This document shows, one piece after another, positions 44,313-53,599 of a DNA stretch of 64,000 nucleotides (the first letter of the stretch is position 1; every line of letters begins with the position of its first letter). The stretch is from an uncultured Verrucomicrobiota bacterium. Lineage in GTDB: Bacteria > Verrucomicrobiota > Verrucomicrobiia > Limisphaerales > UBA1319. The notes below the pieces were generated by a model. The model did no database searches. It saw nothing but the letters and a program-made list of their open reading frames with translations, and had not been told where the DNA came from. The DNA lies in the NCBI GenBank assembly GCA_964538065.1, contig CAZIDG010000011.1, forward strand, positions 4,930 through 68,929, written 5' to 3'. The translations under genes and the position numbers were made by a program.

Positions 44313-45614
44313 ATGGACACCTCAAAGCATATGCCGCGGAGGGACTTTCTCCGCACGTCTCGCAATCTTGCGGTGGGCACAGGCGCATTACTCGCCATGC
44401 CCAGCATTTTCCTCAACAAGGTAAAAGCGGCCACCGGTGAATCGCCTAATGAATTGATCCGTTTGGGAGTCATAGGTGCTGGTGGCCAGGGCCGCTCCCA
44501 TATCTTCCGTCCTACCATCATGCGCAATATTTACGCGCTATGCGATGTGGATCAAAAGCACCTTGGCGACACGAAGACGGAGCTTGAGAAAAAGGTCAAC
44601 CGCACAGTCGAGACTTATACGGATTACCGAAAGTTGCTCGAAAGCAAGAACATCGACGCAGTCCTCATCGCCACCCCCGACCACTGGCATGCACTCCAGG
44701 CCATCCATGCCTGCGAAGCCGGTTTCGATGTCTACGTGGAAAAGCCGATGACCCTCACGATTGAAGAGGGACTCGCCATGGTGAAGGCCGCAAAGCGTTA
44801 CAATCGCATCATCCAAAACGGCAGCCAACAGCGCTCGGACAACAAGTTTCGAACAGCTTGTGAGGTGATACGATCTGGACGGTTGGGCGATCTCCAAACC
44901 GTTCGCGTGGGTCTTCCGGGAGTTAACTATGCCCTCCCCAATGTGCCCGACAGTGAACCGCCACCGGAACTTGACTACAACATGTGGTTGGGACCTGCCC
45001 CATTCCGTCCCTACAACAAAAACCATGTGCACTACAATTTTCGTTTCTTCTGGGACTATTCGGGTGGGCAAATGACCAATTGGGGTGCACACCATTTGGA
45101 TATCACCCAGTGGGCTCTTGGCATGGACGAAAGTGGCCCCATCGAGATTGAAGCTCGCGCAGAATATGATTCTCAAAAGAGATACGAGGTCCCCTCGTGG
45201 TTTGAAATTACCTACACCTACGCCAACAAGGTCAAGGTCATCTGCGGGCAAAGCCATCGAATGGGCGTCACCTTTGAGTGCCAGGATGGGATTGTCTATG
45301 CCAACCGAGGCATTTTGGAATCGACCGTGCCCTCAGCCATTAAAGATCCACTCAAAGCAGACGAGGTGCACCTTTACGAGAGTAAGGACCACCACATGAA
45401 CTGGTTCGAATGCATCAAGAGTCGCAAGAAGCCGATTTGTGATGTTGAAATTGGGCATCGTTCAGCAACGGTGTGCCACCTGGGCAACATGGCCGTTCGA
45501 ACCGGGAAAAAAATTAAGTGGGATCCCAAAAACCAGCAAATCATCGACAACCCCGAGCTTTCGAAGATGATGGGTTACAAATACCGCAGTCCGTGGAAGT
45601 TACCAGAGCTCTAA
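44313..45614 (+). CDS. Gfo/Idh/MocA family oxidoreductase with Tat signal
   Basis: Twin-arginine leader 'MPRRDFLRTSRNLAVGTGALLAMP'. Rossmann motif 'IRLGVIGAGGQG..'. 'DAVLIATPDHWH', 'DVYVEKP'. Confidence 0.85.
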   Translation: MDTSKHMPRRDFLRTSRNLAVGTGALLAMPSIFLNKVKAATGESPNELIRLGVIGAGGQGRSHIFRPTIMRNIYALCDVDQKHLGDTKTELEKKVNRTVETYTDYRKLLESKNIDAVLIATPDHWHALQAIHACEAGFDVYVEKPMTLTIEEGLAMVKAAKRYNRIIQNGSQQRSDNKFRTACEVIRSGRLGDLQTVRVGLPGVNYALPNVPDSEPPPELDYNMWLGPAPFRPYNKNHVHYNFRFFWDYSGGQMTNWGAHHLDITQWALGMDESGPIEIEARAEYDSQKRYEVPSWFEITYTYANKVKVICGQSHRMGVTFECQDGIVYANRGILESTVPSAIKDPLKADEVHLYESKDHHMNWFECIKSRKKPICDVEIGHRSATVCHLGNMAVRTGKKIKWDPKNQQIIDNPELSKMMGYKYRSPWKLPEL

Positions 45615-45631
45615 CCGATTCTTGCCATCTC

Positions 45632-45661
45632 AGGCGCCGGCAAAACCGGCGCCTTTTTTTA
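45632..45661 (+). terminator. Rho-independent terminator after the Gfo/Idh/MocA gene
   Basis: AGGCGCCGG-CAAAA-CCGGCGCCT followed by a T7 run. Confidence 0.88.
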
Positions 45662-45782
45662 TGGATGGCCTCCTCCACCCCAGCCGTCATTCAATAGCGA
45701 AAAAGCCACCTGGATTTCACCTGTTCGCCACATAATCGTAACATCCGTATGGGATGTTAAGGGTGTTGAAATTGTACTGGTT

Positions 45783-46286
45783 ATGACAACAACACCTGAA
45801 ATTAAAACGGTCAAGGATCGGAGCCAAGATTTGTCGGTCAACCTGCTCACCCTTGTGGTTGGTCATGAACTTATCCGAAAAGTCCTGGAAGCCCAGCAGT
45901 ATTATCAGCCTGCCGAATGGTCCCGAATCGTGTTACCCGATGATGGCACCACCATTCGCCCCCAGACCATGCTGACATTGCTTACCTATTGCTACGCAAC
46001 AGGTACCTGTTCATCCGAGGATGTAGTAAATCAAACAACGAATGACCCAATCTTGCGTTACCTGTGCGGCAAACGGCAACCCACAGAGGCCATGATCCGT
46101 CAATTCAGGCGCGCCAACCGCACCATACTTGAGCACACGCTTGCACGGGTATTCCGTTCGGTTTGGGGTGCCCATGTGCATTTTGTATCAAGCTCAACAG
46201 ATAACGATAACAACCGGTTTGTTCAGGAAGCTGAGAAACGTGTCCTGAATGCCATCCAACTCGATAGCATGGCCCTGGATGTTTAG
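45783..46286 (+). CDS. Hypothetical protein resembling the N-terminal (DUF772-type) domain of IS5/IS4-family transposases; no catalytic domain
   Basis: 'RPQTMLTLLTYCYATGTCSSEDVVNQTTNDPILRYLCGKRQPTEAMIRQFRRANRTILEHTLARV' parallels the '..LLLY.Y..G..S.R.LE......D.AFR.L.G...PDHSTI.RFR..' pattern. Only 167 aa, with no DDE region and no flanking terminal repeats seen. Confidence 0.4.
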   Translation: MTTTPEIKTVKDRSQDLSVNLLTLVVGHELIRKVLEAQQYYQPAEWSRIVLPDDGTTIRPQTMLTLLTYCYATGTCSSEDVVNQTTNDPILRYLCGKRQPTEAMIRQFRRANRTILEHTLARVFRSVWGAHVHFVSSSTDNDNNRFVQEAEKRVLNAIQLDSMALDV

Positions 46287-46422
46287 CAATCTGCTCTGGA
46301 TCAAGGACTCTCACGCCCTGTGCGCATTGAGTCCATTGTCCCGCTGGGCCCATGCCATTATGATATAAGAACCTCTTTAAGAAGGATTGCCAACCTCAGC
46401 GGGAACGCTTTAATTAGGCTTC

Positions 46423-47364
46423 ATGAGCCAACGCGCTTTGATTATTGCAAGTATCTTGTCGGCGATCGTCGTGATCGGTTTGGCCGGAATTAGTTTCTGG
46501 CAGGTTAAGAAGGATTATGTCCAAACCAAAGCAGGTCTGGAAGCGGCCCAGCGATCCGCTGAACATAATCTCGCCCAAGCAGAAAACCTTAAAAGTGAAC
46601 TTGCTGCTCAAAAAGAGCTGATTGAGGCCCTTCAAAAGGAAAAGGAGGCCGCAACTCAGGCTCAAAAGGACATCGAATCCCAGATGCGATCCGCGCTTGA
46701 ATCGCGCGATATCACCATCTCCGAACTGCAGGGCAAACTTACCGTAAACATCCTGGATCGCATTCTGTTCGACTCTGGAGAGGCTCAACTCAAACCTGAA
46801 GGCGAACAGGTATTGGCCAAGATTGCGAGCGTGCTGGCCCAATATCCCAAACGCCAGATTCATGTTATTGGCCACACGGATAATATTCCCATTCGTGCTT
46901 CCGCTCATGATCGTTATCCCAGCAACTGGGAACTTTCCACCGCCCGTGCCAATGCTGCGGTGCGTTACCTGTCTGAAAAGGGAGGTGTCGATCCAAGGCG
47001 TTTGGGTGCAGTAGGTTATGGTGAATTCAGGCCTGTCGCCGACAACGCCACAGCCGAAGGCCGCGCTGCGAATCGTCGCATCGCCATCGTTATCCTTTCC
47101 GAAGAATTGGTGGGCTCGGACATCACCCACCACACAAGCACCAACCTTCCCCCCGCAACCGCCACATCTGCAGGCGCCACCAACAACACTCCAAGCACCG
47201 ACCCCACGCCGGTGCAGACAAACAATGCAACTGTTGTGCCCGATACGGCCGATGGCACCACACGCACCAACCCCGCACCAACGGTTATCCTGACGAATAA
47301 GGTCATCAAGCGGCTCGTATCGCAGGGAGATGCAGGATCAGTATCAACCAATAATCCGAAGTAA
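46423..47364 (+). CDS. OmpA/MotB-domain protein with N-terminal TM, coiled coil and T/P/N-rich tail
   Basis: TM 'LIIASILSAIVVIGLAGISFW', a coiled coil, and an OmpA-like peptidoglycan-binding domain 'ILFDSGEAQL..HVIGHTDNIPI..SNWELSTARANAAVRYL..GYGEFRPVADN..NRRIAIVI'. Confidence 0.85.
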   Translation: MSQRALIIASILSAIVVIGLAGISFWQVKKDYVQTKAGLEAAQRSAEHNLAQAENLKSELAAQKELIEALQKEKEAATQAQKDIESQMRSALESRDITISELQGKLTVNILDRILFDSGEAQLKPEGEQVLAKIASVLAQYPKRQIHVIGHTDNIPIRASAHDRYPSNWELSTARANAAVRYLSEKGGVDPRRLGAVGYGEFRPVADNATAEGRAANRRIAIVILSEELVGSDITHHTSTNLPPATATSAGATNNTPSTDPTPVQTNNATVVPDTADGTTRTNPAPTVILTNKVIKRLVSQGDAGSVSTNNPK

Positions 47365-47454
47365 GGCTCGGCCACCAGCCATATCCCCCATGATTCCTTG
47401 ATGTGACATGGGTGTCGCCCCAATGACTCACCTTGTGAGCTCAATCCGTACCCC

Positions 47455-48405
47455 ATGCCCCGTGGGCCATGGCTTGCCGGGACATCTGCAAAAACTTGCC
47501 AGTCTCTCTTCTTACCCTACATTGTGGATGTGGAACGCGGACAGGCCATTAACAACCAACTCGCGGCTGTGAGAGATCACACCCGGAATTTCAAAGAGTT
47601 CTTATATGTGTACCCGGTGATCTCGCGCCGATCACGTGGGTTATCCATAGGTATAAACCTGAACCCGGATAAGATCTGTAACTTCAATTGCATTTATTGC
47701 GAAGTGGATCGCATATCCCCTCCCCGCATTAAACATGTCGACACCTCACGCATTCGCCAGGAGTTGAATGAGATGGTCGCCACCATCAAGGCAGGTGGTT
47801 TGCTTTCCATGCCCCGTTTTCAAGCAGCATCGGATCTGACGCACGAAATCAAGGACTTCGCCTTCAGCGGTGACGGTGAACCCACCATGGTGCGCGATTT
47901 CGACGCCTGCGTCCAAGTGGTCGCCGATGTGAAGCGAGAGAACAGGCTCATCGACACGAAAATCGTGTTGATCACGGATGCAGCCGGCCTGGACAAGGAA
48001 TCTGTCCAACGCGGTTTGAAAATAATGGATGCCAACCAAGGCGAGATCTGGGCCAAACTCGATGCGGGCACTGAGTCCTATTACAAACTGGTCAATCGCT
48101 CGAACATCCAATTCGAGCGCATCCTTGGCAATTTACTCCAGACGGCCTTGATCCGCCCCATCACCATCCAGACCATGTTTCTAAAGGTGCAGGGAGCATC
48201 CATGCCCCAGGACGAGTTCCAGGCTTATTGCCAGCGCCTGCGCCACTTGCTCTCACAGGGAGCCAAAATCCGCGAGGTTCAGGCCTATACGGTGGCGCGC
48301 CCCACCCCAGAGGCGTATGCCACCCGATTAACACCCGAGGAATTGGAAGCATTTGCTGATGGAGTGCGCAGGGAAACTGGACTTTTGGTTTCGGTATTCC
48401 CGTAG
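47455..48405 (+). CDS. Radical SAM protein
   Basis: 'CNFNCIYCEV' CxxxCxxC cluster motif and 'FAFSGDGEPTM' (GGE-like SAM motif). Confidence 0.8.
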   Translation: MPRGPWLAGTSAKTCQSLFLPYIVDVERGQAINNQLAAVRDHTRNFKEFLYVYPVISRRSRGLSIGINLNPDKICNFNCIYCEVDRISPPRIKHVDTSRIRQELNEMVATIKAGGLLSMPRFQAASDLTHEIKDFAFSGDGEPTMVRDFDACVQVVADVKRENRLIDTKIVLITDAAGLDKESVQRGLKIMDANQGEIWAKLDAGTESYYKLVNRSNIQFERILGNLLQTALIRPITIQTMFLKVQGASMPQDEFQAYCQRLRHLLSQGAKIREVQAYTVARPTPEAYATRLTPEELEAFADGVRRETGLLVSVFP

Positions 48406-48467
48406 GATGAAGCCTGAAGTCACTTCATCTGTAACATCCTTTGAAGTGCCGGAGTCTATAAAATCAG

Positions 48468-49754
48468 GTGAACTCATCCGGCACTGCATACAACTTAAGC
48501 CCGTCCTCTGATCGCATTCAACTTGCGGATGCCTTGCGTGGCTTCGCCCTGGCTGGCATATGCCTGGTTCATTTCATGGAGCAATACCTGGGTGACATGC
48601 CGCCGCCAGGGATGGAAGCGTATGCACGTCATTCCGCCCTGGATGGTTTGATCGATGTTCTTGGTTTCGCCCTGATACGCGGCAAGGGGTTCGCCCTATT
48701 CTCCTTCATGTTCGGTTTGAGTTTCGCCCTGCAAATGATTCGCGCGGCGAAGCGGGATCCAGAGGCTGATTTCCGCCCCCGTTTTGCGTGGAGGCTGATT
48801 GTGCTCCTGCTTATCGCTCTGCCACATGCGATGATCTACCAGGGTGACATCCTGAGTGTCTATGCCTTGCTGGGGCTTCCGTTGGTGCTGTTTTACCGGG
48901 TTCCGGACCGTTGGGTGGTCATCATTGCCTTCATCCTTGTCCTGGGAACCCCCAGGATCATGCTGCAGCTTGCTGCGCCGCGTGTGCCCGAGCGGTCAGC
49001 CATCGAGCAAAAAACGCAGGAACAACGCGCTACTCACCACTATCAAGCCTTGAAAAACGGTCCGGTGAGTGAGGTCATTCGTGTCCACACCCTCGAAGGA
49101 CTCTGGCTCAAAATGAGTTTTCAATTTGGAACGTTTGCACGCGGTTATCAAACGTTTGCCTATTTCCTCTTGGGCCTGTGGGTGGGACGTCGGCGCATCT
49201 TTGAAAACACCGATGAACACCTATATTTGATTCGCAAGGTATATAAACGTTGCGGTTGGTTGACCCTGGGCATTCCCGTTGCAGTCGTGGTTCTGGCGAT
49301 AGCGGGCAGTTTGTTGGCAGGCAATGCCAAAGGCAGCCCGGCGTCCCCTATCGATCGCGGCTGGGGTACGGTGATTGGACTCTCCCTCTATGATAGTTGG
49401 AATTTTATCATGACGCTCTTCATCATCGCGGCTTTCATCATGCTCTGGCGCAAGCCGAAATGGCAGTCACGGCTGATGTTTTTCGCTCCAGCCGGCCGCA
49501 TGGCCTTAACCAACTACGTTCTTCAATCGATCATGGGGGGATTGTTTTTTCATTGCTACGGTCTGGCCTTGTTGGGCGATGTGGGCAATTCATTCTCGCT
49601 TCCTCTCGGGATTGCAGTCTTTGCCCTTCAGGGCTGGGGCAGTAAAGCGTGGCTGGCCCGTTTTCATTATGGTCCGCTGGAATGGATATGGCGATGGATG
49701 ACATGGCTGAAACGGCCACCTTTTGTCAAACTTGTAAAACCCATGGCGGCTTGA
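48468..49754 (+). CDS. DUF418 domain-containing membrane protein (YeiB-like)
   Basis: GTG start. Polytopic, with the C-terminal 'GRMALTNYVLQSIMGGLFF..' and 'GPLEWIWRWMTW' signatures of DUF418. Confidence 0.78.
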   Translation: MNSSGTAYNLSPSSDRIQLADALRGFALAGICLVHFMEQYLGDMPPPGMEAYARHSALDGLIDVLGFALIRGKGFALFSFMFGLSFALQMIRAAKRDPEADFRPRFAWRLIVLLLIALPHAMIYQGDILSVYALLGLPLVLFYRVPDRWVVIIAFILVLGTPRIMLQLAAPRVPERSAIEQKTQEQRATHHYQALKNGPVSEVIRVHTLEGLWLKMSFQFGTFARGYQTFAYFLLGLWVGRRRIFENTDEHLYLIRKVYKRCGWLTLGIPVAVVVLAIAGSLLAGNAKGSPASPIDRGWGTVIGLSLYDSWNFIMTLFIIAAFIMLWRKPKWQSRLMFFAPAGRMALTNYVLQSIMGGLFFHCYGLALLGDVGNSFSLPLGIAVFALQGWGSKAWLARFHYGPLEWIWRWMTWLKRPPFVKLVKPMAA

Positions 49755-49956
49755 TGTGAAGACCAACTCCCATCAGTCACAGTACATCCACAACCACTAT
49801 TGCCAGGCCCATATCGCTTGGAAACGTGGTCCGCGGCAGGCACAACATCTCGAACTTGTTCTCGGATGGATAGACATGACGAACCCACGACCCATATGGG
49901 AATTGATCCAGGGGATCACAATTAAATTGACGATTCGATTAGAATGGCAATTTTAG

Positions 49957-51264
49957 ATGAGTTCGAACAAATCGCTTTTACGACTTATGCACATAGTAAG
50001 GTCACAAAAAACAAACCTGATTACACTCTCCATCCTTTCCGCCCTGGCCCTCCAAGTGGCTGCGGCAGATTGGCCCCAGTATCGTGGACCCAATCACGAT
50101 GGAATTTCCGCTGAAAAAATTGCCACCACCTGGCCTGCAGACGGACTCAAGGCCGTCTGGAAAACCCCGATGACCGACGGTTTCAGTACCCTGACCATCG
50201 GAAACGGCATGGCGTTCACCCTGGTTAAACGCACCGTGGACAATGAAGACCAGGAAGTGTGCGTCGGCTTCAACGCGGACACGGGCAAGGAACTCTGGGC
50301 AGCCCCATTGGGTATTGCCAAATATGATGGTGGAGGCGAATCAGGCGCCCCTGATAATCGAGGCGGAGACGGCCCCCGCTCGACCCCTTCTTTTGATGAG
50401 GGGAAGGTCTACGTATTATCAGCCCAGCTCAGACTCTTTTGTTTTGAGGCATCCACAGGCAAGTCCTTATGGACAAAGGACATACTTAAGGAATATGGCG
50501 GCAAGATGATTACCTGGCAAAGTGCTGCCTCCCCTCTCGTTCTCGATCAATGGGTCTTTGTCAACAGTGTTGCCCCAGGCAAAAGCCTGATGGCCTTTAA
50601 CAAAAAAGACGGATCCCTGGCATGGGCGGCACAGGATGACAAAATGACTCATGCCACTCCCATCTCGGCCACCATTTTAGGGGCGCGTCAGGTCATCTTC
50701 TTCACCCAATCCGGCTTGGTGTCAGTGGCACCCGAAAACGGGAATGTCCTCTGGCGGTATAAATTCCCCTACAATGTATCGACAGCCGCCTCCCCTGTCG
50801 TCGCCGGCGATATCGTCTATTGCTCAGCGGGTTATAATGTGGGTGGTGGCGCGGCCAAAATCTCCAAGACAGACACTGGATTCACAGCCACTGAAATCTG
50901 GCGCACACCCAATAAAAACATCAACCATTGGAGCACCCCCGTTTATCAGGACGGATATTTGTACGGGCCATTCAGCTTCAAAGAATTTGGCAAAGGGGCC
51001 GTCAAATGCATTGAAGTGGCGACAGGCAAGGAAATGTGGTCCAAAGATGGTTTTGGTCCAGGGGGCGTTCTGCTTGTGAATGGCAACCTGTTGATATTGA
51101 GTGACAAAGGTGAACTGGTATTAGCCAAGGCCTCCCCCAAGGAATATCAAGAAACCGCCCGGTTCCAGGCCATCGCAGGAAAATGCTGGAATGTTCCTGC
51201 CATCGCAAATGGCCGGATCTACGCCCGCAGCACAAAGGAAGGTGGCTGTTTTGAAGTGAAGTAA
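49957..51264 (+). CDS. PQQ-like beta-propeller repeat protein (BamB-like fold), secreted
   Basis: Signal peptide followed by 'ADWPQYRGPNHDGIS' and repeated 'W.....G....P......V(Y/F)' blades. Confidence 0.75.
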   Translation: MSSNKSLLRLMHIVRSQKTNLITLSILSALALQVAAADWPQYRGPNHDGISAEKIATTWPADGLKAVWKTPMTDGFSTLTIGNGMAFTLVKRTVDNEDQEVCVGFNADTGKELWAAPLGIAKYDGGGESGAPDNRGGDGPRSTPSFDEGKVYVLSAQLRLFCFEASTGKSLWTKDILKEYGGKMITWQSAASPLVLDQWVFVNSVAPGKSLMAFNKKDGSLAWAAQDDKMTHATPISATILGARQVIFFTQSGLVSVAPENGNVLWRYKFPYNVSTAASPVVAGDIVYCSAGYNVGGGAAKISKTDTGFTATEIWRTPNKNINHWSTPVYQDGYLYGPFSFKEFGKGAVKCIEVATGKEMWSKDGFGPGGVLLVNGNLLILSDKGELVLAKASPKEYQETARFQAIAGKCWNVPAIANGRIYARSTKEGGCFEVK

Positions 51265-51285
51265 GCCAATCCGATTTTAACGCAC

Positions 51286-51320
51286 AAAGGGACAGGCACA
51301 CACCTGTCCCTTTGTGTTTC
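51286..51320 (+). terminator. Rho-independent terminator after the beta-propeller gene
   Basis: AAAGGGACAGG-CACACA-CCTGTCCCTTT followed by GTGTTTC. Confidence 0.8.
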
Positions 51321-51463
51321 GTAAAAACATGCTTTACCTGGAAGGCAAATCTCGCCCAAATAACACTGTTACGGACGAATGACACGAGCGTGAATGCTGC
51401 TTTGCCCGCAGGATCTGCCATCTGCGAACAGATCGTATTGCGCTAAAACAGGATACATTTATT

Positions 51464-52597
51464 ATGACATTGAAACGGACGGCCCTTTATGAGGCCCATC
51501 TTGCCCTGAATGCCCGCATGGTGGATTTCGGAGGGTGGGACATGCCTGTACAGTACACAGGCATTATCGAAGAACACCTGACGGTCAGAAATGCCGTGGG
51601 TTTGTTCGACATCTCGCACATGGGACAGGTGCGTATCAGCGGGGCCAAGGCGTCCGAGTTTCTCAACCACCTGTTATCGAACAATACTGCCAAAGTCCAT
51701 CTGGGCCACGGCCAGTACTCCCTGATGTGCAATCCCCAGGGTGGAGTCATGGACGATTTGATCTTTTATCAAATCGGTCCGGATGTGTTCTGGATGATCA
51801 TCAATGCCTCTCGCATTGATTCGGATCTGGCATGGATCAAGGCCCGGTTAAATGAATTCGCAGGCAAATCGGAGGTTAAGATCGATTTTCAGGGTCAAAA
51901 GCAGGCCGCAATCGCCATTCAAGGGCCCAAATCTCGTGAACTGGCAATGCAGGTGTTCACCCCCAAAAAAGGCAGCCTGCCTGCCGTTGAAATCAACCTG
52001 CTGAAAAAGAACCAGATAGCCGAGTTCGAAGCATGCGGTCGGAGCGTGCTCCTGGCCTGTACGGGGTACACGGGGGAAGACGGTTTCGAAGTATTTCTGC
52101 CTGCGGATATTGCATCTTCAGTCTGGCAAAAGCTCCTGGCTGCCGGTCAATCATTGGGAGTCAAACCAGCCGGTTTGGGGGCACGGGACACCCTGCGCAC
52201 TGAGGCCGGTTATCCCCTTTATGGCCACGAGTTAGACGAGCAAACCACTCCGATTGAAGCAGGATTACAACGGTTCATTGACCTGACAAAACCGTTTATA
52301 GGATGCGAAGCCCTTCAAAAACAGGCGGCCAAGGGAGCTGAGAAGAAGTCCATCGCCTTCAAGATGCCACCCAAATCGGCCCCGCCACGCCCGCATTACC
52401 TTATCAAAAACTTGAACAATCCCACGGAAACGATTGGCATCGTGTCCAGCGGCACCCAGAGTCCTTCCTTGAGCGTGGGCATTGGCATGGGATTCGTTAA
52501 AATCCCCTTTGCGGCTGTGGGTGGCTCGGTAGGGATTGAAGTGCGCGGCAACATCGTTCCCGCCCAGATCGTCAAAAAGCCCATTTATTCGAAGTAA
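51464..52597 (+). CDS. gcvT: Glycine cleavage system aminomethyltransferase T
   Basis: 'LKRTALYEAHLALNARMVDFGGWDMPVQY..EEHLTVRNAVGLFDISHMG', the canonical GcvT N-terminus. Followed by gcvH. Confidence 0.92.
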   Translation: MTLKRTALYEAHLALNARMVDFGGWDMPVQYTGIIEEHLTVRNAVGLFDISHMGQVRISGAKASEFLNHLLSNNTAKVHLGHGQYSLMCNPQGGVMDDLIFYQIGPDVFWMIINASRIDSDLAWIKARLNEFAGKSEVKIDFQGQKQAAIAIQGPKSRELAMQVFTPKKGSLPAVEINLLKKNQIAEFEACGRSVLLACTGYTGEDGFEVFLPADIASSVWQKLLAAGQSLGVKPAGLGARDTLRTEAGYPLYGHELDEQTTPIEAGLQRFIDLTKPFIGCEALQKQAAKGAEKKSIAFKMPPKSAPPRPHYLIKNLNNPTETIGIVSSGTQSPSLSVGIGMGFVKIPFAAVGGSVGIEVRGNIVPAQIVKKPIYSK

Positions 52598-52624
52598 TAG
52601 TTAAATCCTATTGATCAAATACTT

Positions 52625-53011
52625 ATGTCCAACAATATTCCTAACAATCTGCTCTACACCAAGTCACACGAGTGGATCCGCATCGAAGGTGAGACCGCGT
52701 TTGTCGGCATCACAGATCATGCCCAGCACGAATTAACCGATGTGGTTTTTGTGGAAGTTCCCGCAGTGGGCCGAAAGCTTAAGAGCGGGGAAACCTGTGC
52801 TGTCGTTGAATCCGTCAAGACCGCCAGTGACATCTATTCACCCGTCAGTGGAGAAGTGGTCCAGTCCAACGAAACGCTCGCGAGCAATCCCGGTTTGGTG
52901 AACACCGATCCCTACGGTGAAGGATGGTTTTTTAAGATGAAAATTAGCTCTCCTGATGAATTAAAAGGGTTGATGAAGCCCGCCGATTACGCTGGGCACA
53001 TCAAAGGCTGA
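52625..53011 (+). CDS. gcvH: Glycine cleavage system H protein
   Basis: 'LLYTKSHEWIRIEG..GITDHAQHELTDVVFVE..VESVKTASDIYSPVSGEV', with the lipoyl-lysine in 'VESVKTAS'. Confidence 0.95.
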   Translation: MSNNIPNNLLYTKSHEWIRIEGETAFVGITDHAQHELTDVVFVEVPAVGRKLKSGETCAVVESVKTASDIYSPVSGEVVQSNETLASNPGLVNTDPYGEGWFFKMKISSPDELKGLMKPADYAGHIKG

Positions 53012-53136
53012 TGGTCGGGACAGCAGGGTTGATCCGGGCGTCAGGACTGTTTCAAAACCATCTTTGCCGCCAAGTGTCATTACGTGCTTGACTCCGAATG
53101 GTTTAGCTGGTAAAGCTAGGGTAAGTTACAGCGTAA

Positions 53137-53493
53137 ATGGCAACCTTTAATCCAGACAGCCCTATGACAAAACGTGACTTGGTGGTTCGTATCAGCAATG
53201 AGACCGGTTTGGTCCAACAAACGGTTCTCGACGTGATACAAAAGACCTTTGATTACATTTCCGAGGCATTGGCCAACGGAAAGAAAGTGGAGTTGCGCAA
53301 TTTTGGCGTATTTGAAGTCAAAGTGCGCAAAGCGCGTGTGGGACGCAATCCCAACGCACCGGAAAACGATGTTCGTATTCCCCCCCGCTCTGTTGTAAAG
53401 TTCAAGGCGGGCAAGGAAATGCGTGAAGCGGTGATCAAGTTGACGCCCGACAAGATCGAGACATCGACGTCAACAGAAGAGCAGCAACAATAA
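53137..53493 (+). CDS. HU/IHF family DNA-binding protein
   Basis: 'MTKRDLVVRISNETGLVQQTVLDVIQKTFDYISEAL..VELRNFGVFEVKVRKARVGRNPNAPENDVRIPPRSVVKFKAGKEM'. Alt start ATG 53164 gives the canonical 'MTK' N-terminus. Confidence 0.88.
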   Translation: MATFNPDSPMTKRDLVVRISNETGLVQQTVLDVIQKTFDYISEALANGKKVELRNFGVFEVKVRKARVGRNPNAPENDVRIPPRSVVKFKAGKEMREAVIKLTPDKIETSTSTEEQQQ

Positions 53494-53533
53494 TCGGGAC
53501 CTACAAGACCGATTGGTTTCTGTACGGTTTTCG

Positions 53534-53583
53534 CAAGGCGCTTAGTGGTTTTTTATTGTCACACTGAGCGCCTTGTTGTTTTC
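53534..53583 (+). terminator. Rho-independent terminator after the HU/IHF gene
   Basis: 14-bp stem CAAGGCGCTTAGTG / CACTGAGCGCCTTG (one G-U pair), followed by TTGTTTTC. Confidence 0.7.
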
Positions 53584-53599
53584 ATAAACACCGGTCAAA

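Noticed and set aside
51321-51463. Glycine riboswitch upstream of gcvT.
   Set aside because: gcvT is a classic glycine-riboswitch target, and 'CCTGGAAGGCAAATCTCGCCC' vaguely recalls the ACCGAAGGGGCAA core. I could not find the conserved GGAGAG/CUCUGGAGAG elements or a tandem aptamer arrangement. This needs an Rfam RF00504 scan before any claim.
53087-53115. Sigma70-like promoter upstream of the HU/IHF gene (TTGACT-N17-TAAAGC).
   Set aside because: The -35 element is good, but the -10 candidate matches the consensus poorly. It is not strong enough to report as a feature without TSS data.
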